Shown here: positions 39,338 through 47,656 of the stretch, piece by piece
Position numbering within the stretch: the first letter of the stretch is position 1
How the letters are laid out: the number at the start of each line of letters is the position of its first letter
DNA from: Gammaproteobacteria bacterium
GTDB taxonomy: Bacteria > Pseudomonadota > Gammaproteobacteria > JBCCGL01
Assembly (NCBI GenBank): GCA_965277715.1
Contig: OZ255836.1
Span: 2,048,001 to 2,112,000, forward strand
DNA: 64,000 bases
Reading direction: 5' to 3'
Made by a program: the position numbers and the translations under genes
Notes under the pieces: model-generated
Database searches by the model: none
The model's input: only the letters and a program-made list of their open reading frames with translations
Told to the model about the DNA's origin: nothing

Positions 39338-40591
39338 TCATAAAGTAGCCTGCACCTCGCGAGCACGCGCTCCAGGGATATAATCATCATCATGCGGACC
39401 TTCAAGCCCAGGGATGACAATTCTTACCACTGGAATATTGAACGTTGGTTTAGTGAGATTAATACAAATCACTTCGTCTATTTCAATACGACGCAACTGG
39501 GTTAGCATCCAGTCAACATCTTCCTGAAAGGTGGAAAACTGTCGACTGTCGATGGTGGCAAAATCAACACACCCATTACCCTGCCCGGCAATATTGCGAA
39601 ACACCCGGTTTTTTTCCTGCAGCCTTGCCTGTGTAAATTCAGCATGGGTTAAATCGTCACGCGATCCGGCAATATAGGTTGTGCGCACTTGCACGGCTTC
39701 AGTAAGCGCCCGCACCAGCGCAATCGATTTACTCGGGTGACACCCGGCGCCCAACCCAGGGTGTGCTATAGGGTTGCGTTCATCAAGCAATACACACTCA
39801 AAACAGGCAACACCTGTATCACTACTAATATCCCAAACCGTTATCGATAGATCGGCTGTATGCAACTGCTCAATCAAGCGACGACAAAGCATATCATCCA
39901 CTGAACCAAGATCAAGTTTATCTGCATCGCGCCCCAGTTTACTTTTTTGGTGCCATAGGCTGCTCGCATCGCGTTCAATCACTTCACATATCGCATGCGA
40001 TACCGCCTCCAGGTAGTGGTTACCCGATGCCAGGCCATTACTACTCTGTGCAAAGCACCCACTGCCAGAAGGCGATGGGTGGTTATAGCAGGTATGCACA
40101 ATTTCATAGGGCAACCAAGTGTTTTTTGTATCGAGAAGGTTGCTGCCTTCAATCCATAAAATAGGCCATGTTGGTTGATACCGACTGCCGCACATTGCCG
40201 GCAAGCGGTCAATGTTGACTAAATGCTGGTTATCCGACAGATCATCAAAGCTACCCAGCTTTAGTGGAAGTTCAATGTGCTCAGCATGCCACGACTCAAC
40301 TGATTCCATCAGCCCTGAAGCTTTGGCGGCGTCTAATGTCAACCCTTTCCCTTGGGAAACGGCAATAGAGCGGGAATTAGGGCGGCATACCATCACCACC
40401 GGTATACCAATACGATCCAATCCGGTAACGTTGGCGATGCGTGTGATACCCATTACAGGCATAAACGGCATTACATTGGCCAGTGTTTCTGCCGGTTCAA
40501 TCAGAAGGTGTGCACCGGTTTGGTAGCATTTTTCCGCACGCTCTAATGCTATTGGAGGGTATTGTTGTGGAGATTCAGTATGCTTTGGCAT
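39338..40591 (-). CDS. ycaO: YcaO-family protein (TfuA-associated, thioamide-forming type)
   Basis: GITRIANVTGLDRIGIP, SQGKG, MESVE, SSNGLASGN, EVIERDA, RALTEAVQ.R...IAGSRDDL, PVVRIVIPGLE. Confidence 0.95.
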   Translation of the reverse strand: MPKHTESPQQYPPIALERAEKCYQTGAHLLIEPAETLANVMPFMPVMGITRIANVTGLDRIGIPVVMVCRPNSRSIAVSQGKGLTLDAAKASGLMESVESWHAEHIELPLKLGSFDDLSDNQHLVNIDRLPAMCGSRYQPTWPILWIEGSNLLDTKNTWLPYEIVHTCYNHPSPSGSGCFAQSSNGLASGNHYLEAVSHAICEVIERDASSLWHQKSKLGRDADKLDLGSVDDMLCRRLIEQLHTADLSITVWDISSDTGVACFECVLLDERNPIAHPGLGAGCHPSKSIALVRALTEAVQVRTTYIAGSRDDLTHAEFTQARLQEKNRVFRNIAGQGNGCVDFATIDSRQFSTFQEDVDWMLTQLRRIEIDEVICINLTKPTFNIPVVRIVIPGLEGPHDDDYIPGARAREVQATL

Positions 40592-40724
40592 CGCGTTGTA
40601 CTGTGTTTAACTCTGTCATCCGCACAGCAGGCCCGTGGCATGAAAGACTGTCAATAAACCATCCACATTCGATGTCAACCAGGCTACACTTGAAAGTACA
40701 AGACAGATCTATCAAGCAGACAAA

Positions 40725-40943
40725 GTGCATAAACTCACCTTTGAGCTATCGATCAGTAGCGATCAATGGCTACATTATTACGCAGGCCACGCCAATGCAG
40801 TGCGTGTTGTGGCCGACAACGGCAAATCACTACAACTACCCGCCAGCGCACTGCGCCCGTTTATTTTGCACAATGGTATACACGGTCGATTTGTCGTGCG
40901 TTTTGACCAATACAATAAGCTATTGGGTATTAATCGTTTATAG
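40725..40943 (+). CDS. DUF2835-like small protein
   Basis: YYAGHANAVRV...GKSLQLPASALRPF...GIHGRF pattern. Confidence 0.75.
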   Translation: MHKLTFELSISSDQWLHYYAGHANAVRVVADNGKSLQLPASALRPFILHNGIHGRFVVRFDQYNKLLGINRL

Positions 40944-40984
40944 AGAGTGTACAATAACTGGTTTTACATTTTACGGTATCACAC

Positions 40985-41272
40985 ATGAGCCAACTCCAGC
41001 TTTCCGCAGAACTCGTTCGCCAACTCCACCAATCACTGGCCGACCATGACGATAATGCCGAAGACCCCGGTGTAGCCGCACAATATATGGCAGCCATTAT
41101 TGGCTTCTTACTTGGTGAACAGGATATGCCAGACACACAAAAGGAGGAGATACTTGAACAGTTGTTTGCCTTTGCAAAGCATGTTGCAAATGACGTTAGC
41201 CAACAGAAAAAAGCCCCTCCAGCTCCTCCACCACAAAATGCATTTGGTGTATGGAAACCTGGCATGAGCTAA
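40985..41272 (+). CDS. Conserved hypothetical protein
   Basis: Helical 95-aa ORF ending AFGVWKPG; in line with neighbouring genes. Confidence 0.7.
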   Translation: MSQLQLSAELVRQLHQSLADHDDNAEDPGVAAQYMAAIIGFLLGEQDMPDTQKEEILEQLFAFAKHVANDVSQQKKAPPAPPPQNAFGVWKPGMS

Positions 41273-41337
41273 ACCCATACATGAATTTGTTTTTTTCCCT
41301 ATAGTTATTTCCCCTTTCCAGATCGAGTATCTCTCTA

Positions 41338-41616
41338 ATGTCACAAGCCAGCGCACGCCATATCTTGGTCAACAGCGAAGAACAATGCAATACACTGAAA
41401 CAACAAATCATCGATGGTGCTGATTTTGCCGCTGTCGCCGCCGAGCACTCACAGTGCCCTTCTGGCAAGCAGGGCGGTGAACTTGGCACTTTTTCACCTG
41501 GCCAGATGGTACGTGAATTTGATACTGTCGTATTTAACGAGGCAGTGGGTGAAGTGCATGGCCCGGTACAAACACAGTTCGGCTACCACCTGATCGAAAC
41601 CACCTCACGTACCTGA
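41338..41616 (+). CDS. ppiC: Parvulin peptidyl-prolyl isomerase
   Basis: ASARHILV, HSQCPSG..GGELG.F.PGQMV, TQFGYHLI. Confidence 0.95.
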   Translation: MSQASARHILVNSEEQCNTLKQQIIDGADFAAVAAEHSQCPSGKQGGELGTFSPGQMVREFDTVVFNEAVGEVHGPVQTQFGYHLIETTSRT

Positions 41617-41641
41617 GCAATTTGTCATAACAGGCACCAAC

Positions 41642-42346
41642 ATGACCGAGACCGTCTTTTACCAGGATAGCTACGCCACCCACTGCGATGCACATATCAC
41701 AGCGATCACTGATAATACGATTACGCTTGATCGCACTGTTTTTTACCCGATGGGAGGCGGCCAACCCGGTGATACCGGCACACTGATCAGCCAGAGTGGG
41801 GAACATATTGCCGTTACCGATACCCGAAAAGAAGGAGACGATATTGTCCACTGGGTGGAAGTCGATTTATCAACCATTGCTGTCGGTGATCATATTACTG
41901 CCGAAATAGACTGGGTTCGTCGGCACCGCCATATGCGCATGCACACTTGCCTGCACCTGCTATGTTCGCTGATTGATGCCCCCGTAACCGGTGGCTCTGT
42001 TGCCGCCGACAAAGCACGGCTGGATTTTGATTTACCCGAATCCACACTCGATAAGGAAGCTCTGAACACATCGCTAAAACAGCTAATCGATAACGATCAT
42101 ACTATTAGTATTGAATGGATTAGTGACAAAGCGCTGGAACAACAACCAGAGTTGGTGCGCACCATGTCAGTTAAGCCTCCCACAGGGCATGGCAAAGTAC
42201 GACTAATCAATATCGAGAATGTAGATCTACAACCTTGTGGCGGCACGCATTTGCAATCCACTGGTGAAATTGGCGCAGTGCGCGTACGTAAGATCGAAAA
42301 AAAGGGCAAACAGAACCGGCGCGTGATTCTGGTATTTGACGAATAA
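41642..42346 (+). CDS. Alanyl-tRNA editing protein (AlaX)
   Basis: FYPMGGGQPGD, HMRMHTCLH, QPCGGTH. Confidence 0.92.
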   Translation: MTETVFYQDSYATHCDAHITAITDNTITLDRTVFYPMGGGQPGDTGTLISQSGEHIAVTDTRKEGDDIVHWVEVDLSTIAVGDHITAEIDWVRRHRHMRMHTCLHLLCSLIDAPVTGGSVAADKARLDFDLPESTLDKEALNTSLKQLIDNDHTISIEWISDKALEQQPELVRTMSVKPPTGHGKVRLINIENVDLQPCGGTHLQSTGEIGAVRVRKIEKKGKQNRRVILVFDE

Positions 42347-42383
42347 AGCGCCACTTGCTAAAGCTATGCACTGCGTCGCCCTA

Positions 42384-42705
42384 TTACTCGCCCAACAAAG
42401 GTAACCTCAGTGCCAGGCTGAGGCACCCAGGGAATAACTGCGACAACCCCAATGAAAGCACGGCAAAACCAGCGCCAATTAAAAATACCATAGCAGGTGA
42501 AACCAACCACAAAAGCAATAAACCCGGGCACTTCACGCAAACTTTGTAAAATACCAATCTCGGCGCCGGTAAACTGCGCCTGCTCAACGGCAAAATTATT
42601 CAGCAATGTCTGCCAGGCAGCAAAAGAAAACGGCACCGCTGCAGCCATCAGGTACAGCAAGCACTCTGGTGACTTCCAGTTTTTCAAAAAGGAGATAAAA
42701 ACCAC
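42384..42705 (-). pseudogene. Internally deleted MFS-type transporter
   Basis: N-terminal LLNNFAVE...GILQSLREVPGFIAF joined out of frame near 42510 to a C-terminal-type LWLVSPAMVFLIGAGFAVLSL helix; far too short for an MFS protein. Confidence 0.7.
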
Positions 42706-42752
42706 TATCGTTCCCCACTAAGACTTAAGAGCAAGTCTAACAGGCTGTTTAT

Positions 42753-42890
42753 CAGAAGCCTGTCGGGTTTAGGTACTCGTAGCGAGGAAAAGACCGGATT
42801 GAATCATTTTTTGCGCACTGTTGAGGTGCACAAAAAAGGGCCAAATCAGCTTTTCCATAGTAAAACAGCATTGAATCCGGCAGGCGCCTG
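42753..42890. mobile_element. Longer, degenerate copy of the 31651 MITE (opposite orientation)
   Basis: GCCTGTCGGGTTTAGG..GTAGCGAGG and AAAGGGCCAAATC..CTTTTCC..TGAATCCG match the reverse complement of 31651-31744, with an extra central hairpin TTTTTTGCGCAC...GTGCACAAAAAA. Confidence 0.72.
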
Positions 42891-42897
42891 CCATTGA

Positions 42898-43968
42898 TTA
42901 AAACAAAGGTAACTGCACCATCTCATAGATAGACACTGGCACCAGGCCCGACACACTGACACCGAGCAAACGCACCGGCTTATTGGCGACATCTGTCCTT
43001 TCCAGCAACAGCGGCAAACGAGACAACATGTCCTCTGCACAACAAATCCGACTGGCTAACGAATGGCTACGCGTCACCAACTGAAAATCTGCATAGCGTA
43101 CTTTGATCGTCAGTGTGCGCGCTGTAAGGCTTTTAGACAGTAAACCATCGGCCACCTGAATAGCCAACTGTTCAAGCTGATCTAACATCTTTTCAGGTCG
43201 GGTTAAATCGACTTGAAAGGTCGTCTCCGAACCAATTGACTGCCGTTGACGAGCGTGCTCGACAAGCCGGTTATCGATACCACGGGCTATATTAAAATAA
43301 TACTGTGCCGACCTGCCAAAATGTGCCTGTAATTCCACTAATGACCAAGCGCGCAAATCGGCACCCGTTTCAATGCCCAGCTGGTGCATTTTCGCCTCAG
43401 TTACACGCCCCACCCCATGAAACCTTGCAATAGGTAGACTGGCGACAAACGCCTCACCCTGCTCCGGCAAAATGACAGTCAACCCATCGGGTTTATTCAT
43501 TGCAGAGGCAATCTTGGCAAAAAACTTGTTGTAGGATACGCCCGCAGATGCCGTCAGTCCCGTCGCAGCAAAAATCTGCTGCCTGATCGACTGAGCCAAG
43601 CGGGTAGCAGACCCTTGGCACTGCTGCACCTCACTGACATCGAGATACGCTTCATCCAGTGACAACGGCTCAACCAGCTCAGTAAAACACCGAAATACAT
43701 GATGAATCGTTGTGGAAACCGCTTTATACACATCAAACCGTGGTTGGATAAAAATCGCCTGCGGGCACAAGCGGTACGCCTGCGCACTTGGCATCGCCGA
43801 ATGAACACCAAACTGGCGTGCCTCATAACTACACGCTGCAACTACCCCACGGCTGTGCGGCTTACCACCCACGACAACAGGCTTCCCCCTATATGCAGGA
43901 TTATCACGCTGTTCCACAGAAGCGTAATATGCATCCATGTCGATATGTAAGATCTTGCGTTGGTTCAC
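42898..43968 (-). CDS. dinB: DNA polymerase IV
   Basis: RKILHIDMDAYYASVE, CSYEARQFGVHSAM, LSLDEAYLD, KIASAMNKPDG, VRLLGV; GTG at 43968 preferred. Confidence 0.96.
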   Translation of the reverse strand: MNQRKILHIDMDAYYASVEQRDNPAYRGKPVVVGGKPHSRGVVAACSYEARQFGVHSAMPSAQAYRLCPQAIFIQPRFDVYKAVSTTIHHVFRCFTELVEPLSLDEAYLDVSEVQQCQGSATRLAQSIRQQIFAATGLTASAGVSYNKFFAKIASAMNKPDGLTVILPEQGEAFVASLPIARFHGVGRVTEAKMHQLGIETGADLRAWSLVELQAHFGRSAQYYFNIARGIDNRLVEHARQRQSIGSETTFQVDLTRPEKMLDQLEQLAIQVADGLLSKSLTARTLTIKVRYADFQLVTRSHSLASRICCAEDMLSRLPLLLERTDVANKPVRLLGVSVSGLVPVSIYEMVQLPLF

Positions 43969-44381
43969 AGTACTATTTAACCTAAAAGCCTCAGTTGAGT
44001 GCAAAAAAGCTGTGTAAGCATAGGCACGCACGGAAAGGTTTAAAGGTTCAAGACTTGGAACCACCCTTACTTACTGGGCTGTTTGTATCATTTTTGCACT
44101 ATCTATAAGCAACATTTGCTGTATCTAGAGCAATATTTGCACAAAATATGTTGCCAAAAAACAACAAAAATAAAAAAAAGCAGTAAATAAAAATAGGAAA
44201 ACAACTACAACCTATTGATAAACAATGAATAAACAACAAAAAGAGGCCATCTAAATATATTTCCACATAGGCTGTTGCATTTTAGATACAAGCCTTCTAT
44301 ATTTCGCACCGTGGTTGTGAAGCCACTTCCAAATAATTTTTTCTGATTAGTTTTGTTATAAACAAACCGAAGGAAACACAT

Positions 44382-45527
44382 ATGAATTTTAAAAAAACTG
44401 CAATTGCACTGGCTGTTGCCAGTGTTGCTGCCACACCGATAATTGCATCGGCTGATGGTAGTGTTTATGCCTCTGCACGTATTGGTTTACAGTACTTAGA
44501 TGGAGGTGAAAACCGTAACGGTGATAGTGTTAACGAAACCACCGATAGCGAAATAACTGTTCGTAGTTATGCAGCTCGTTTGGGCTTTAAAGGCGAAACC
44601 GAAATTGGAAATGGTTGGTCTGGTTGGGGTCGTTATGAGCTTGAAGTACTAACTGATGCAGCGAGAGATAACACCTCTCAGGATGCTACGTTTAGACGCC
44701 GTCATGCTGTTGCTGGCCTTAAAAGTGAACATAACAATATCTATGTAGGACAAACCTCACATACTTGGTATAACCATATTGTTGGACCTGCCGATTATCC
44801 TTGGTGGGGTTCTGGTTACGCATTGGTAAAATACGATATTCGTGAGGACAATGGCATCACTTATAATGGTAGTTTTGGCGTTGTAGAGTTTGGGATTACT
44901 GGTTTTTTTCAACCTGATAACCTTGGCGGTAACTTAAGTAGCAGCGGTGATTCCGAAGTACTTGATGAATACCAGTTGGCAATTTCCTTTAATATAGGTT
45001 CTAGTGTACGTCTTGGTCTTGGTCTTGCAGGCGCATTAGGTGATTTTGAAAATACTGGTTCTCCTGCTGTTGCTGCTGTTCCTGCTAATACAACAAACGG
45101 AGATGGTATTCCAAACACAGCAGGTTCTGAAGCTGTTGATCCTGTTCCTGCCACTGCTGTAGAAGATGAACCTATTATAGGTGTTTCTCTTAGTATTGAT
45201 CTTGGTTCAGTAAATCTTGCTGGCAACTATCAAACTCAGAGCCTGAATGGTGGTGGTGACAATAACAGTATCTCACTCAACGTAGCGCTATATGACTTCA
45301 ACATTCACTATGAATCAGTGGATTTTGGAAACAGTAGCACAGCTAACACAGCTTTAAATACTAGCAATTTAAATGTTGATCAAACAAGCCTGACTTTGGG
45401 TTATACCTTAAACCTCGGCCCTCGAACTTTGATATGGTTCGAATTACAGCAGCTTGATCGTGATACTGTTAACGATAATGATGATAGGACGATTGGCCGT
45501 GCTACACTGAAATACGATATTCTGTAA
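44382..45527 (+). CDS. Gram-negative porin
   Basis: Signal peptide, ARLGFKGETEIGNG..GWGRYEL, alternating beta strands, C-terminal LKYDIL. Confidence 0.88.
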   Translation: MNFKKTAIALAVASVAATPIIASADGSVYASARIGLQYLDGGENRNGDSVNETTDSEITVRSYAARLGFKGETEIGNGWSGWGRYELEVLTDAARDNTSQDATFRRRHAVAGLKSEHNNIYVGQTSHTWYNHIVGPADYPWWGSGYALVKYDIREDNGITYNGSFGVVEFGITGFFQPDNLGGNLSSSGDSEVLDEYQLAISFNIGSSVRLGLGLAGALGDFENTGSPAVAAVPANTTNGDGIPNTAGSEAVDPVPATAVEDEPIIGVSLSIDLGSVNLAGNYQTQSLNGGGDNNSISLNVALYDFNIHYESVDFGNSSTANTALNTSNLNVDQTSLTLGYTLNLGPRTLIWFELQQLDRDTVNDNDDRTIGRATLKYDIL

Positions 45528-45553
45528 AATCTAGTTTTTACATTGTATTTCTT

Positions 45554-45583
45554 GAAAAGGCTCCTTAGGGAGCCTTTTCTTTT
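45554..45583 (+). terminator. Rho-independent terminator after the porin gene
   Basis: GAAAAGGCTCC-ttag-GGAGCCTTTTC followed by T residues. Confidence 0.88.
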
Positions 45584-45711
45584 GGTTTTACAGGTATCAT
45601 ATGGAATGGAAGGAAGCAAATCTACTCCGTAACATATAAGCTCTAACACCTAACATTTATCTTATTCAACTACAACCAACACTGAAACAAGCAAAAAACT
45701 AAAAAATATAA

Positions 45712-45891
45712 TTTTTTGGTATTTCTTCACAGAAACCACTACGAAATAGCGTTATATTGAAATTACAGGGATGCTCCAAAAGACTTTAAAATCAGCGGAT
45801 AGTAAATGGATATATCACCAGGGATAAGCTTATGGGCAGGGAGGCCCACTACCTCTAGATCAAAAACGCACAATAGAACCTGCAAATCACC
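45712..45891 (+). repeat. About 180-bp non-coding direct repeat, copy 1
   Basis: Homologous to 46481-46661 and 47319-47504. Confidence 0.9.
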
Positions 45892-45934
45892 GTTGCTGGC
45901 ATATCAAATTCAACTCTTCTATACTTCAGAAATC

Positions 45935-46465
45935 ATGCGAACCAACCTATTACTATTGATTACCCTATTGATAAATTGCCTGCCAATCTATGCGCAGGCG
46001 GTGGAAGTGGCTCCACGTATTTCAGACCGTGAAATTATAGAGTCACTCGCCAATTTACGCGGCGACATAAAAGAGCTTAAAGCGGGACAACATGCACTAA
46101 GCCAACGTATTGATGATATGAATCAGCGACTAGACCAACGCATTGATGGTATGAATCAGCAATTAGGTCAACGAATTGAGGATATGAGCCAACAACTCAG
46201 TCAGCGCATGAACCTCATTGAAAATCTGATACTTACTATGTTAGCCGCCGTTTTCGCCTTGATTGGTTATATTGTTTGGGATCGCAAAACCGCCATGCGA
46301 CCATTAGAAAACCGTTTAGCCCATATTGAATCAGCGTTGGAGCACGATTTAGAACTGAAATCACCCGAAGGTTCCCGGCTAACAAGGCTTATTCACGCGT
46401 TGAGAGAACTTGCCATTACTGATGAGAAAGTGGCTAGCGTATTACGCAGTTTTTCTCTGCTATAA
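45935..46465 (+). CDS. Membrane-anchored coiled-coil protein with 3 x 11-aa repeats (paralog 1)
   Basis: Start set by identity to the 46706 paralog; signal peptide, QRIDDMNQRLD-type repeats, TM ending IGYIVWDRK. Confidence 0.85.
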   Translation: MRTNLLLLITLLINCLPIYAQAVEVAPRISDREIIESLANLRGDIKELKAGQHALSQRIDDMNQRLDQRIDGMNQQLGQRIEDMSQQLSQRMNLIENLILTMLAAVFALIGYIVWDRKTAMRPLENRLAHIESALEHDLELKSPEGSRLTRLIHALRELAITDEKVASVLRSFSLL

Positions 46466-46480
46466 GCGTAACAAAACAGT

Positions 46481-46661
46481 TTTTTTGGTATTTTTTCACA
46501 GAAACCACTACAGAATAACGTAATATGGAAACTACAGGGACGCTCCAAAGGATTTTAAAACCAGCGGATAGTAAATGGACATATATTATCAGGGACAAAC
46601 TTATGGGCAGGGAGGCCCATTACCTCTAGATCAAAAACGCACAATAGAACCTGCAAGTCAC
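46481..46661 (+). repeat. About 180-bp non-coding direct repeat, copy 2
   Basis: Homologous to copies 1 and 3. Confidence 0.9.
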
Positions 46662-46705
46662 TGTTGCTGGCATATCAAATTTAACTCTTCTATACTTCAG
46701 AAATC

Positions 46706-47302
46706 ATGCGAACCAACCTATTACTATTGATTACCCTATTGATAAATTGCCTGCCAATCTATGCGCAGGCGGTGGAAGTGGCTCCACGTATTTCAGACCG
46801 TGAAATTATAGAGTCACTCGCCAATTTACGCGGCGACATAAAAGAGCTTAAAGGTGGACAACAGGCACTCAACCAACGCATTGATGGTTTAAACCAACAG
46901 CTAAGCCAACGCATTGATGGTTTAAACCAACAGCTAAGCCAACGCATTGATGGTTTAAACCAACAGCTAAGCCAGCGCATTGATGACATGAATCAACGAC
47001 TAGACCAACGAATTGATGATATGGGTCAACAGCTCAGTCAGCGCATCAACCTTGTTGAAAATTTGATACTGACCATGTTAGCAGCTGTTTTTGGTCTAAT
47101 TGGCTATATTGTTTGGGATCGTAAAACCGCCATGCGGCCATTAGAGAATCGATTAGTCCATATCGAATCAGCACTGGAACACGATTTAGAACTGAAATCC
47201 CCCGAAGGCTCCCGACTAACGAGGCTTATTCACGCGTTGAGAGAACTTGCCGTTACTGATGAGAAAGTGGCTGGGGTATTACGCAGTTTTTCTCTGCTAT
47301 AA
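46706..47302 (+). CDS. Membrane-anchored coiled-coil protein with 5 x 11-aa repeats (paralog 2)
   Basis: Near-identical to paralog 1 but 22 aa longer. Confidence 0.87.
   Translation: MRTNLLLLITLLINCLPIYAQAVEVAPRISDREIIESLANLRGDIKELKGGQQALNQRIDGLNQQLSQRIDGLNQQLSQRIDGLNQQLSQRIDDMNQRLDQRIDDMGQQLSQRINLVENLILTMLAAVFGLIGYIVWDRKTAMRPLENRLVHIESALEHDLELKSPEGSRLTRLIHALRELAVTDEKVAGVLRSFSLL
46874..46972 (+). repeat. Three exact 33-bp tandem units
   Basis: CAACGCATTGATGGTTTAAACCAACAGCTAAGC x3, encoding QRIDGLNQQLS. Confidence 0.95.
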
Positions 47303-47318
47303 GCGTAAAAAAACAGGT

Positions 47319-47504
47319 TTTTTTGGGTATTTTTTCACAGAAACCACCACGAAACAGCATTATATTGAAATTACAGGGACGCTCCAAAGGACTTCAAAAC
47401 CAGCGAATAGTAAACGGACAGATATTCTCAAGGATAAGCTCATGGGCAAGGAGGCCCATTACTTCCAGAACCAAGAAAACAGGCAATAGAACGTGTAAAT
47501 TACC
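47319..47504 (+). repeat. About 180-bp non-coding direct repeat, copy 3 (no paralog gene follows)
   Basis: Homologous to copies 1 and 2; homology stops about 45 bp short of where the ATG would be. Confidence 0.85.
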
Positions 47505-47656
47505 TAAAACCTCACCTTGGTACATGCCATAACACCCGACCAAGCAAACAAACGCAACCAACCCTGTATGTGCGCGCCTCACAGAATATCTTCAACCCGG
47601 TTAACGCGCTCTAATGGGTTCACTATAGAGGGTATCGGAAGTCGCATTGAGTATAG

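Noticed and set aside
41338-42346. ppiC and alaX as members of the YcaO pathway
   Set aside because: They are on the opposite strand, are ordinary housekeeping families, and show no evidence of linkage.
43969-44381. LexA box upstream of dinB
   Set aside because: No CTGT-N8-ACAG match found by eye.
45712-45800. c-di-GMP-I riboswitch-like words (AAACC...GAAA...GGGACGC...AAAG) in the 180-bp repeat
   Set aside because: Spacing and pairing do not fit the aptamer by eye; an Infernal search would be needed.
45806-45934. N-terminal extension of paralog 1 in the ORF track
   Set aside because: It lies in the non-coding repeat; paralog 2 shows the true start at 45935.
46874-46972. 33-bp repeats as a CRISPR array
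   Set aside because: The units are contiguous with no spacers, in frame within a CDS, and no cas genes are present.
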